From assembly GCA_043744775.1 (NCBI GenBank), contig JAYTUC010000027.1, forward strand, positions 11,940 to 75,939: 64,000 bases of DNA, written 5' to 3'. The notes beneath the pieces were generated by a model that was given only the letters and a program-made list of their open reading frames with translations, did no database searches and was not told where the DNA came from. Below are positions 27,828 through 36,452 of this stretch, piece by piece; the stretch's first letter is position 1; each line of letters begins with the position of its first letter. The DNA comes from Fimbriiglobus sp. Lineage in GTDB: Bacteria; Planctomycetota; Planctomycetia; Gemmatales; Gemmataceae. Made by a program: the position numbers and the translations under genes.

Positions 27828-29435
27828 ATGCCGCGTTCCCCGAGCCGCGACCTGAGCGACCGCCACCACGCCAGCCGGAGTTACTTCCGCCGGCCGGACG
27901 CCGTCACGCGCTGGAAGTGGCTCCTCTCCGCGTTAGCGTTAGGTGTCGCCTTCGCCTGGGCGACGGTCGAAGTCGCGCGGCCTTCCGCGGCGACCCCGGC
28001 GCACACGCACGGCATGTTGACCAACCCGCACGCCGCCTGGGACAGCAACTGTCAGGCGTGCCACGTCGCGTCGTCGCCGGGCGACTTCCTGGCGAACCCG
28101 CTCTCGGCCGCGCACCCCGACCAGCGCTGGCGTAACCTGACCTGCGACAAGTGCCACAGCGGCCCGGCGCACCAGGCCACGCCGTTGACCGCCGACGCGG
28201 ACTTCCACAACCAGTGCGCGAACTGCCACCACGACCACGGCGGCCGCGGCAACTCGCTCGTGAAGCTGACCGACGCCCACTGCGCGACCTGCCACGGCGA
28301 CCTCGCCCCGCACCGCGCGCCGGGGGCGAGTCCGCTGCCGGCCAACCGCGTGACCAACTTCGCCACCGACCACCCCGACTTCGGCCCGCTCAAAACATCG
28401 CCCGAGACGCGGACGCTCAAATTCAGCCACGCCCAGCACATGACCCCCGGCATCCCGCACACCGCCGACGGCAAGGAACTGCTCACGCCCGAGCGTACGA
28501 AACTGCTGTTCGGGGAGGCGGTCGCCAAACGCTACGGCGTGGAGCGGCCCGACGCCGCGCCCGTGAAACTGGAGTGCGCGTCGTGCCACCGCCTCGACGC
28601 CGGCGTCGGCACCGCGAAGCACGACGAGTTGAGCCGCCGACTCACGGCAGGGCAGGTGCCGGCCAAGGCGGTTCTGCCGGCTCGCGCCGCCGGCGACTAC
28701 TACCTGGGCGTCAACTTCGAGGCGAGTTGCCGCGACTGCCACCCGCTCACCGCCAGCCCAAAGGCGTCCGGCGGGCAACTCGTCGAGGCGTTCGACCTGC
28801 CGCACCGGGCCACGCGTGCCAAGCTCGTGGACGAGGTCCGCACCGGCTACTTGAAGCAGCTGCTCGCCGCCGAGCACCGCGACCTCGACGTGCCGGCCGG
28901 GCTGCAAGTCGGCCGGCAACGCCCGCCGACCGACGCCCCGGACACGCTGCGCTCGGCCGACGACCGCTACGCCCACGCCGAAGTCGGCCGGCTGTTCGAG
29001 CCGCCGACTGCCGGGCCGGTGCAGGGCTGCGTCAAGTGCCACGACCTCGACAGCCAGGGAGTCAAGCCGGTGCCCGACCGCACCGTCTGGCTGCCGCACG
29101 CGAAGTTCAACCACGCCGCGCACCGGGCGAATGCGTGCGTGGAGTGTCACCCCGGCACCGCGGCGTCGTTCCCGGCCGCGGGCGCGAAGTGGGCCGAGAA
29201 GGAGCCGGTGCAGATCCTCGGCGTGCAGTCGTGCCGCGCCTGCCACGCCCCCGCCGGCACGCCGGTGAACCTCGCCGACGGCAAGACGCTGACGGGTGGC
29301 GGGGTGAAGCACGCCTGCACCGACTGCCACAGTTACCACAACGCGACGCACCCGCTGCAAGGCCGCGGCGCGCCGGCCCGCGCCCCCGCCGCGCCACTCT
29401 CGCTCGGTGACTACTTCCACGGCGGCAAGCGTTAG
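27828..29435 (+). CDS. Membrane-anchored decahaem c-type cytochrome
   Basis: N-terminal anchor 'WKWLLSALALGVAFAWATV'. Ten CxxCH motifs: CQACH, CDKCH, CANCH, CATCH, CASCH, CRDCH, CVKCH, CVECH, CRACH, CTDCH. Confidence 0.85.
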   Translation: MPRSPSRDLSDRHHASRSYFRRPDAVTRWKWLLSALALGVAFAWATVEVARPSAATPAHTHGMLTNPHAAWDSNCQACHVASSPGDFLANPLSAAHPDQRWRNLTCDKCHSGPAHQATPLTADADFHNQCANCHHDHGGRGNSLVKLTDAHCATCHGDLAPHRAPGASPLPANRVTNFATDHPDFGPLKTSPETRTLKFSHAQHMTPGIPHTADGKELLTPERTKLLFGEAVAKRYGVERPDAAPVKLECASCHRLDAGVGTAKHDELSRRLTAGQVPAKAVLPARAAGDYYLGVNFEASCRDCHPLTASPKASGGQLVEAFDLPHRATRAKLVDEVRTGYLKQLLAAEHRDLDVPAGLQVGRQRPPTDAPDTLRSADDRYAHAEVGRLFEPPTAGPVQGCVKCHDLDSQGVKPVPDRTVWLPHAKFNHAAHRANACVECHPGTAASFPAAGAKWAEKEPVQILGVQSCRACHAPAGTPVNLADGKTLTGGGVKHACTDCHSYHNATHPLQGRGAPARAPAAPLSLGDYFHGGKR

Positions 29436-29459
29436 ACTCCGACCCCAGGGCCGACCGGC

Positions 29460-31574
29460 ATGATCATTCAAGACCTGCGCGACATCCAGCACGAGTACGG
29501 CTACCTGCCGGACGCGGAGCTGCGCGCGCTGTCGCGGCGGATCGAGATGCCGCTGGCCCGCATCGAGGAGGTCACGACGTTCTTCCCCGCCTTCCGGCTC
29601 GAACGCCGCCGGCCGGCGGCCGTCGAGGTGCGCGTCTGCCGGGACATGACGTGCCACCTGCGTGGGGCACCGGCGCTGATTGCCGCGGGGCAGAAAGTCG
29701 CGGCGGAGTTGAACGCCGACGGCGGGGATGTCGAGGTGACCGGCGTGTCGTGCCTGGGCCGCTGCGACCGCGCGCCGGCCGTCTGGGCGGAGCGGCAGCC
29801 GATGCCCGACAAGGAGCACGCCTGGGTCTACGCCGCCCCCGACGCCAAGCGGCTCGAGCGGATCGTCCGCACCCTCGCCGCCGGTCAGCGGCCGGAGCCG
29901 GACCCCGACGAAGCGTACAAGCCGGCGGGGAACTTCCTCACCGGGGCGCTCGACGTGTACGCCCGCAACGGCTGGCCGCGCGACTACCGCGCCGTGCGCG
30001 GCTTCGCGGAGACGCTCGTCGAGAAGCGGCGGCGTTGCGTGCCGCGGCCGCCGCTCGTCGATGGGCAGCCGCTGCAAGGCCCGGCGCTCGACGCCTACGT
30101 CCGGGAGGCGCACCCGTGGCTGTGGAAGCTCAACGAGTCGCGGCTCGGCGGCATGGGCGGCGCGGGGGCACCCGCCTACCAGAAGTGGCTCGACGTGTGG
30201 GGCCAACGCTCGCCGTTCGACGAGGACGCCGGGGCGCGGCCCGCGCTGGCGGACACCAAGCCGACGCTCTTCGACAAGTACGTCGTGGCCAACGGCGACG
30301 AGAGCGAGCCGGGGACGTTCAAGGACCGCGAGATCATGCAGCGCACGCCGCACCTGATTGTGGAAGGTGTCATCCTCGCGGGCCTGTTCGCCGGGTGCAG
30401 CTCCGGGTACATCTTCGTCCGCCACGAGTACCACGAGCAGGTCAAAGTGTTGCGCGAGGAGGTCGTCCGGGCGGAGGCGATGGGGGCGTGCGGGCCGAAC
30501 GTCTTCGGCTCCGGCCGCGCCTTCCCCGTCGAGGTGATCGAAAGCCCCGGCGGCTACATCTGCGGCGAGCAGACCGCGCTCATCGAGGCGATGGAGGGGC
30601 GGCGGGCGCAGCCGCGGAACCGACCGCCGGACATCACCTCGAACGGCTTCCGCGACCGGCCGACGATCCTCAACAACGTCGAGACGCTCGCCTGGACGCC
30701 GCTGATCGTGCTGACCGGCGGGGCGGCGTACTCCGGCGGCGGCTGGAGGGTGCCGGCCACGCCCAAGCTCGTCGAGAAGCCGCCGCGCTTCGGCGGCCGC
30801 CGGCTACTCTCGGTCAGCGGCGACGTGAAGCGCCCCGGCGTCTACGAGGTGCCGATCGGCCTGCCGCTGGGCGAACTCTTCGGCGGCCCCGACTACTGCG
30901 GCGGCGTGCTGGGCACGCTCAAAGCGGTGGCGACTTCGGGGCCGTCGGGCGGGATTCTGCCGGCGAAGTTCCCGCTGCCGCCGGACTTCCACGCGAAGTT
31001 CGCCGAGCAGTTGGGCCGCAAGAAGGACCGCGCCCGCAAAGACGGCGACGCCAAGCGGGCCGAGGCGGTCAAGGCCGGCAAGGAGTACCGCGAGCCGGCC
31101 GAGGAGGCGTACTCGCTCGAGGAGTGGTTCGTCGCCACGCACCTGCCTGCCGGGGCCACTCACTTCGACCTGGCGACGGCACCCATCGACTTGAAGTTCT
31201 TCGGCCTGATGGCTGACCTCGTCGGGCTGCCGGTGTCGCCGCTCTTGGGGGCCGGCATCGTCGTCTACGCCGAGGGCGCGGACATCCTCGACCAGGCGGT
31301 TTGCTTCACGCGCTTCTTCCGCAACGAGTCGTGCGGCAAGTGCGTGCCGTGCCGGCTGGGGGCGGAGAAGCTCGTGCGCATCGGCGAGTCGCTGCTGGCG
31401 GCCCGCCGCGCCGGCGGCAACGCCGAGGTCGCCGCGGTGCGCTCCGACATCAACGACGTGGCCTGGGCCTTGACGCAAACGTCGATCTGCTCGCTGGGCA
31501 CTTCGGCGGCGACCCCGCTGGCGTGCGCCCTGACGTACTTCCCCGACGAGGTGGCGAATGGCCGAGCCGAATGA
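29460..31574 (+). CDS. NuoE-like (2Fe-2S) / NuoF-like (FMN, NADH, 4Fe-4S) fusion protein
   Basis: N-terminus 'LRDIQHEYGYLPDAELRALSRRIEMPLARIEEVTTFF...VCRDMTCHLRG...CLGRCDRAP' is NuoE-like. 'VVANGDESEPGTFKDREIM' and 'ESCGKCVPCRLG' are NuoF-like. Confidence 0.85.
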   Translation: MIIQDLRDIQHEYGYLPDAELRALSRRIEMPLARIEEVTTFFPAFRLERRRPAAVEVRVCRDMTCHLRGAPALIAAGQKVAAELNADGGDVEVTGVSCLGRCDRAPAVWAERQPMPDKEHAWVYAAPDAKRLERIVRTLAAGQRPEPDPDEAYKPAGNFLTGALDVYARNGWPRDYRAVRGFAETLVEKRRRCVPRPPLVDGQPLQGPALDAYVREAHPWLWKLNESRLGGMGGAGAPAYQKWLDVWGQRSPFDEDAGARPALADTKPTLFDKYVVANGDESEPGTFKDREIMQRTPHLIVEGVILAGLFAGCSSGYIFVRHEYHEQVKVLREEVVRAEAMGACGPNVFGSGRAFPVEVIESPGGYICGEQTALIEAMEGRRAQPRNRPPDITSNGFRDRPTILNNVETLAWTPLIVLTGGAAYSGGGWRVPATPKLVEKPPRFGGRRLLSVSGDVKRPGVYEVPIGLPLGELFGGPDYCGGVLGTLKAVATSGPSGGILPAKFPLPPDFHAKFAEQLGRKKDRARKDGDAKRAEAVKAGKEYREPAEEAYSLEEWFVATHLPAGATHFDLATAPIDLKFFGLMADLVGLPVSPLLGAGIVVYAEGADILDQAVCFTRFFRNESCGKCVPCRLGAEKLVRIGESLLAARRAGGNAEVAAVRSDINDVAWALTQTSICSLGTSAATPLACALTYFPDEVANGRAE

Positions 31575-34386
31575 CGAGCTGACCCGCGGCCGCGACGAGG
31601 AGTCGGTCTTCGCCCGCGGCGAGAACGACGAACTCGTCCGCCGCGAAAAAGCCACCCGCGACCAGTTCGCCCGGACCGTCACCGTCAAGATCGACGGCTA
31701 CGCGGTCACGGTGCCGCAGGCGGTCCCGAAGACCGACGCCCGCGGCAACCCGCTGCGCGCCCCCGACGGCGGCCTGGTGCCGCGCAACTCGACCATCTAC
31801 GACGCGGCGATGAAGCTGGCCCGCGACGGCGCGTGGGCCGAGAGCGAGCTGCCCGAGCGCATCCCCCTGCTGTGCCACCAGCCGCACCTGCACCCGGTCG
31901 GCGTCTGCCGCATGTGCGTCGTGCAGATCCAGCAGATCAAGCGTGGGACGGCGCGCACCGAGCGGAAGTTGCTGCCGGCGTGTCAGCACATGGTCGCCGA
32001 GAACATGGTGGTGACGACCCGCGCCGGCTGGCCGGGCCACGAACCCGGCGAGAAGGCCCGCCTCGTCGGCGAGGCGTGCGCCAAGGCGGCGACCGACTTC
32101 GAGGCCGATTTCGCCCGGCGCGGCGGCGACCCGGAGGCCAAGCCGGCGGCCCTCGCGGCGGCGCTCACGAAGGCCGAGGCGCGGGCCGGCGACGGCGTCG
32201 AGAAGTTCGCCGCGAACATCCGCCGCAGCACCGGCCTCCTCGCGGAACTCCTCCTCGCCGACCACGCCCGGCCCGAACTCTCCGCGGTGCGCCGCCACGA
32301 GGACGAGTTGACCGCCGTCGCCAAGGTCGTCGGCGTCAGCGGCCCGCGGCCGCGGCTGGCGCGGCCGGCCGACGCCCCGTCGCGCAACGCCGCCCCCGGC
32401 GAGCGCTCGCGCCGCCTGAGCCTGCCGATCGCGGCGACGGTGATCGAAGACGAGCAGTTGGCCGACCCCGCCGCGCAAGTCGCCTGGGCGGGCTGGAACA
32501 AGCTCATCGACGAGGCGTTGCCGTACTCGTCGCGGACCGTCGTCGTGGATCACGACCGCTGCATATTGTGCGACCGCTGCGTGCGGTCGTGCGCCGACGT
32601 GAAGCCGTTCAAGGTCATCGGCCACACCGGCAAGGGCTACGAGACGCGCGTGAGTTTCGACCTCGACGCGCTCATGGGAGACTCGTCGTGCGTGCAGTGC
32701 GGCGAGTGCATGACCTCGTGCCCGACGGGGGCACTCTCGCTGCGCCGGCGGGTGCAGCCGCGGGCCTGGGACGACTCGCCGGCGGCGATCGCGCAGAACC
32801 CCAACACGCCCTTCCCCGACGGCTCCGGCTTCCTCGACGCCGACGAGATGCGCGACGTGTGGCTGAGTTACAGCAGCCCGACCCGCGGGCCGCAAGTCGT
32901 CTACCCGTTCCGCGCAGTACCGTTCTCGTACCTGAAGTGGAACGAGGGGGCGGTGCGGCGCTGGGAGGTCGCGCCGGGCACCGAGCGGGTGCTGTGCACC
33001 GAGGGCGAGTACGCCACGACGGCCTTCCTGACGCAGGGCAACGGCGACTTCGCCATCTACGTCCGCGGCACCGGCCCCGTCAAGAAGCCCGGCCTCTTCA
33101 AGCGCCTCTTCGGCGGCGGCGAGGCGGCGGACGGCGGCCTCGGGCGCAAGGTCCACACCGCCGGCGGCGACGAGTTCCTCATCGGCGAGATGAGCTGCCT
33201 GACGCACCGGCCGCGCACCGCCTCGGTCGTCGCCATCGCTCCGGCGGACAACCCGCGCCTGGCGCTCACGGCCGACGGCCGGGGCGTCGTCGCGGTCGCC
33301 GGCGCGGCGGGGCCGGTGGTCGTCTACGAGGTGACGCGCAACCTGCTCGACGTGATGCAGCGCTCCGCGGCGATCCGCGAGGACATCGCGGAGGTCTACT
33401 CGCAGCGGGCCGTGCAGTCGTGCGTGTCGAAGGGCCTGATGTTCGCCACGCTCGCCGACGCCGAGAAGGCCGCCGTGACGCGCTTCCTGCTGGTCAGCGG
33501 CAAGCTCGAACTGCGGCAACTCGACGCCGGCCAGGCGCTCGTCGCCGAGGGCGACTTGGTGGGCGACGCCAGCTTCTTCTACGTCGTGCGGCTCGGCACG
33601 TTGCGCGTGTTCAAGGGCGAGGCCGGCCGCGAGCGCGACCTGCGCCTACTGGGGCCGGGCGACAGCTTCGGCGAGGTGTCGATGCTACCCGGCGGCGAGG
33701 GCGTCCGCACGGCCAGCGTGGCGACCCTCGACCCCGCCGAGGTCGTGCTGGTGCCCAAGGCGCTGTTCCTCCAGATGTGCGAGGCGTTCCCGGCGGTCCG
33801 GGCCGAACTCGAGCGCGAGAAGCGCGAGCGCGTCGCCGGGTCGCCGCCGCCGGCGATGCTGACCGAGTACGTCCGCCAGGGGCTTTACCAGGCGCAAAAG
33901 GTGTTGGCACTCGACCTGGTGAACTGCACCCGCTGCGACGAGTGTACCAAGGCGTGCGCCGACTCGCACGGCGGCCAGGCGCGGCTGCTGCGCGAGGGCT
34001 TGCGCTTCGGGGACTTCCTCGTCGCCACGTCGTGCCGGTCGTGCCAGAAGCCGTACTGCATGGACGGCTGCCCCGTCGATGCGATCCACCGCCGCGGCAC
34101 GAGCCTGGAAGTCGTGATCGAGGACCACTGCATCGGTTGCGGATTGTGCGAGCGCAACTGCCCCTACGGCGCGATCCACATGGTGCCGCGCGACGAGAGA
34201 AACGAGGCGGCGGCGGGGCACCCGGCCGGCGACCCGACCCGCACGGCCGCGCGGGTGGCGGCGAACTGCGACCTGTGCGACGGCGGCGAGCCGCGCTGCG
34301 TCGAGGCGTGCCCCCACGAGGCGGCGTTCCGGTTCACCGGCGCGGGGCTGCTGCAAGTCGTCGAGGCGCGGCGGGCGGGGGGGTAA
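31558..34386 (+). CDS. Polyferredoxin: NuoG-N-terminal-like 2Fe-2S/4Fe-4S + two cyclic-nucleotide-binding domains + DmsB/NrfC-like four-cluster domain
   Basis: NuoG-N-like: 'VKIDGYAVTVPQ', 'LLCHQPHLHPVGVCRMCVVQI', 'CILCDRCVRSC', 'CVQCGECMTSCPTGA'. CNB-like: 'GDEFLIGEMSCLTHRPRTASVVA' and 'GPGDSFGEVSMLPGGEGVRTASVA'. DmsB-like: 'CTRCDECTKAC', 'CRSCQKPYCMDGCPVDAI', 'CIGCGLCERNCPYGAI', 'CDLCDGGEPRCVEACPHEA'. 17-nt overlap with the upstream gene. Confidence 0.8.
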   Translation: MAEPNDELTRGRDEESVFARGENDELVRREKATRDQFARTVTVKIDGYAVTVPQAVPKTDARGNPLRAPDGGLVPRNSTIYDAAMKLARDGAWAESELPERIPLLCHQPHLHPVGVCRMCVVQIQQIKRGTARTERKLLPACQHMVAENMVVTTRAGWPGHEPGEKARLVGEACAKAATDFEADFARRGGDPEAKPAALAAALTKAEARAGDGVEKFAANIRRSTGLLAELLLADHARPELSAVRRHEDELTAVAKVVGVSGPRPRLARPADAPSRNAAPGERSRRLSLPIAATVIEDEQLADPAAQVAWAGWNKLIDEALPYSSRTVVVDHDRCILCDRCVRSCADVKPFKVIGHTGKGYETRVSFDLDALMGDSSCVQCGECMTSCPTGALSLRRRVQPRAWDDSPAAIAQNPNTPFPDGSGFLDADEMRDVWLSYSSPTRGPQVVYPFRAVPFSYLKWNEGAVRRWEVAPGTERVLCTEGEYATTAFLTQGNGDFAIYVRGTGPVKKPGLFKRLFGGGEAADGGLGRKVHTAGGDEFLIGEMSCLTHRPRTASVVAIAPADNPRLALTADGRGVVAVAGAAGPVVVYEVTRNLLDVMQRSAAIREDIAEVYSQRAVQSCVSKGLMFATLADAEKAAVTRFLLVSGKLELRQLDAGQALVAEGDLVGDASFFYVVRLGTLRVFKGEAGRERDLRLLGPGDSFGEVSMLPGGEGVRTASVATLDPAEVVLVPKALFLQMCEAFPAVRAELEREKRERVAGSPPPAMLTEYVRQGLYQAQKVLALDLVNCTRCDECTKACADSHGGQARLLREGLRFGDFLVATSCRSCQKPYCMDGCPVDAIHRRGTSLEVVIEDHCIGCGLCERNCPYGAIHMVPRDERNEAAAGHPAGDPTRTAARVAANCDLCDGGEPRCVEACPHEAAFRFTGAGLLQVVEARRAGG

Positions 34387-34399
34387 CTGCCGCCGCGCC

Positions 34400-36067
34400 T
34401 CACTTCCCCGGCAGGTCGGCGACGCGGCTCCAGCGGTCGCGCGAGATCAGCGCCTCCATCGTGCGGGCCATGAGCGCGACCGCCGGGCCTTCCACGACCT
34501 CTTGGCTCTGGATCACGCCGCTGAGCACCTTTGCCGCCTCGGGCAGGCGGTGCGCCTCGTACAGGCTCAGCGCCTCCTCGTAGCGGGCCTTCGTGTCCGC
34601 CCAGCCCGGCTCGCCGCGCTTCACGAGTTCGTGCAACTGCAGCGGCTCGCCGATGTTGACCACGCGGACCTCGGCGAGCCGGCGCGACTCGAACTCGGTG
34701 CCGACGCGGTCGAGGGTCGATTGCGACACCACCAGCCGCGTCTTGAGGTACTTCGTCGCCCCCTGGACCCGGCTGGCGACGTTGACCACGTTGCCCAAGA
34801 CGCCGTACTTGAAGCGCTGCTCGGTGCCCATGTTGCCGACTTGGGCGACGCCGCTGTTGATGCCGATGCTGTAGTCGAGGACCTCAGGGAGGCGGCCGGC
34901 CCAGCGAGCGTTCAACTCGGGCAGGCAGTCGATCATCGCCAGCGCGGCGCGGCAGGCGAACTGGGCGTGCTCGGGCTGGTTCGAGGGCGCGCCCCACATC
35001 GCCATCATGCCGTCGCCGATGAAATCGACCACGACCCCGCGGTACTCCGCCACGCACCCCGTGAGGACGCCCATCGTGTCGCGCACCAGTTGCAGAGTCT
35101 GCACGGTGCCGAGCTTCTCGCTGAGCCGGCTGAAGCCGCGGATGTCGCAGAACAGCACCGAGACCTCGGCGTCGCGGGCCTCGTTGACGAGTTCGGGGTT
35201 GTCGATGAGTTGGCGGGCGATCTCGGGGGGGAAGAACTTCTCCATCATGCGGAGGTGCTGCCGCCGCGTGTCGATGTTGGCCTCGACCTTGACGCGCAAG
35301 AGGCCGTGGTCCACCGGCTTCGTCAAGAAGTCGTTGGCGCGGGCCTTCAGGCAGGCGGCGATCTTGTCGATCTCGTGCTCGCCGGAGACCATGAGCACGG
35401 GCACCTCGCTGCGGCCGCTGCCCTCGCGCATGGCCTTGAGCACGGTCAGGCCGTCGGCCTCGGGCAGGTTCAGGTCGAGCAGGATGAGGTCGAAGGTGAC
35501 CTTCTCGGCCAGGTGGATCGCCTGCCGGCCGTCGGCCGCCTCCCAGACCTCGTAGCCGAGGCCGCGCAAGAGGTGGCGCACGTCGCGGCGGCCCTCGTCG
35601 TCGTCGTCCACGACCAGGATGCGCGCCAGGTGCGGCCGCGGCGCGAGCGCCGGGCCGGCGTCGGGGCCGGCGTCGGGGGCGGCCTCGGCGGCCGGGGGCG
35701 GGGCGGCCGGCGGGGCCTCGCCCGCGTCGGGGCGGTCGATCTGGCGGTTGGCCTCCCAGCCGAGTTTGACGATGGCGGTCAGTTGGTCCGCGTAGCCGCC
35801 GGGGTGCTTGCGGTGCAGGATTTGCCCGCCGCCGAGCACGCGGTTGAGCAGCCCCTTGAGGTCGTGGCGGCTGAGGTTCGAGGAGTTGACCGCGGCCGCG
35901 AACCGCTCGGCGGCCTGCGCCATGCGCTCCGCCCCCGCGCGGAAGTCGGCCGGGGCGTCCGGGGGCAGCCCGGCCAGCAGCGCGGCGGCGCGCTCGACGA
36001 GCCGTGCGGCCAGGGGCGGCAGGAGGCCGGGCGTCTCCGGCGCGGCGGCGAGTGAGTCGGCGGGCAT
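34400..36067 (-). CDS. HPt-like / receiver / class III adenylate-guanylate cyclase fusion
   Basis: 'NLSRHDLKGLLNRVLGG' is HPt-like (H-x-LKG). REC: 'RILVVDDDDEGRR...DLILLDLNLPEADG'. Cyclase: 'VSVLFCDIRGFSRLSE...DFIGDGMMAMWGAP...GINSGVAQVGNMG'. Confidence 0.8.
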   Translation of the reverse strand: MPADSLAAAPETPGLLPPLAARLVERAAALLAGLPPDAPADFRAGAERMAQAAERFAAAVNSSNLSRHDLKGLLNRVLGGGQILHRKHPGGYADQLTAIVKLGWEANRQIDRPDAGEAPPAAPPPAAEAAPDAGPDAGPALAPRPHLARILVVDDDDEGRRDVRHLLRGLGYEVWEAADGRQAIHLAEKVTFDLILLDLNLPEADGLTVLKAMREGSGRSEVPVLMVSGEHEIDKIAACLKARANDFLTKPVDHGLLRVKVEANIDTRRQHLRMMEKFFPPEIARQLIDNPELVNEARDAEVSVLFCDIRGFSRLSEKLGTVQTLQLVRDTMGVLTGCVAEYRGVVVDFIGDGMMAMWGAPSNQPEHAQFACRAALAMIDCLPELNARWAGRLPEVLDYSIGINSGVAQVGNMGTEQRFKYGVLGNVVNVASRVQGATKYLKTRLVVSQSTLDRVGTEFESRRLAEVRVVNIGEPLQLHELVKRGEPGWADTKARYEEALSLYEAHRLPEAAKVLSGVIQSQEVVEGPAVALMARTMEALISRDRWSRVADLPGK

Positions 36068-36068
36068 G

Positions 36069-36446
36069 TCAGCGGGCCTCGGGGGGCAGGTGCCGCGCGA
36101 CGACCGCCAGGAAGGCGTCGAAGTCGTACGGCTTGAACACGTAGTCGTCGCAGCCGGCCTCGCGCGCCTTGGCGATGGCGTTGCTCATCGCGTGGCCGCT
36201 CATCGCCACGACCGCCAGGCCGCGCGTGGCCGGGTCGGCGCGCAGCTCGGCGATGGCGCGCAGGCCGTCGCCGGGGCCAGGGCAGTCGATGTCCATGACG
36301 ACCAGCCGCGGCCGCTCGCGCTTCGCCGCCTCGAAGGCCAGGTGCGCCGCCGGCACCTCGACGACCTCGTGCCCGGCCCCGCCGAGCAGGTCGTTTAGGA
36401 GTTCGCGCTCGAACTCGCTGTCCTCGACAATCAGGATCTTCGCCAT
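36069..36446 (-). CDS. Single-domain CheY-like response regulator
   Basis: 'MAKILIVEDSEFERELL...LVVMDIDCPGPGDGL...MSGHA'. Size 125 aa. Its stop lies 1 nt before the cyclase start. Confidence 0.85.
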   Translation of the reverse strand: MAKILIVEDSEFERELLNDLLGGAGHEVVEVPAAHLAFEAAKRERPRLVVMDIDCPGPGDGLRAIAELRADPATRGLAVVAMSGHAMSNAIAKAREAGCDDYVFKPYDFDAFLAVVARHLPPEAR

Positions 36447-36452
36447 CGCGGC

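Noticed and set aside
27939-30434. 831-aa minus-strand ORF across the decahaem and NuoEF genes. Similar long antisense or out-of-frame ORFs occur at 9155-10597, 31450-33519, 36603-38387, 38436-40184, 42087-43142 and 58509-60938.
   Set aside because: All show Arg/Ala/Gly/Pro-dominated low-information translations and overlap genes with strong family motifs. Such frames are expected by chance when stop codons are rare in GC-rich DNA.
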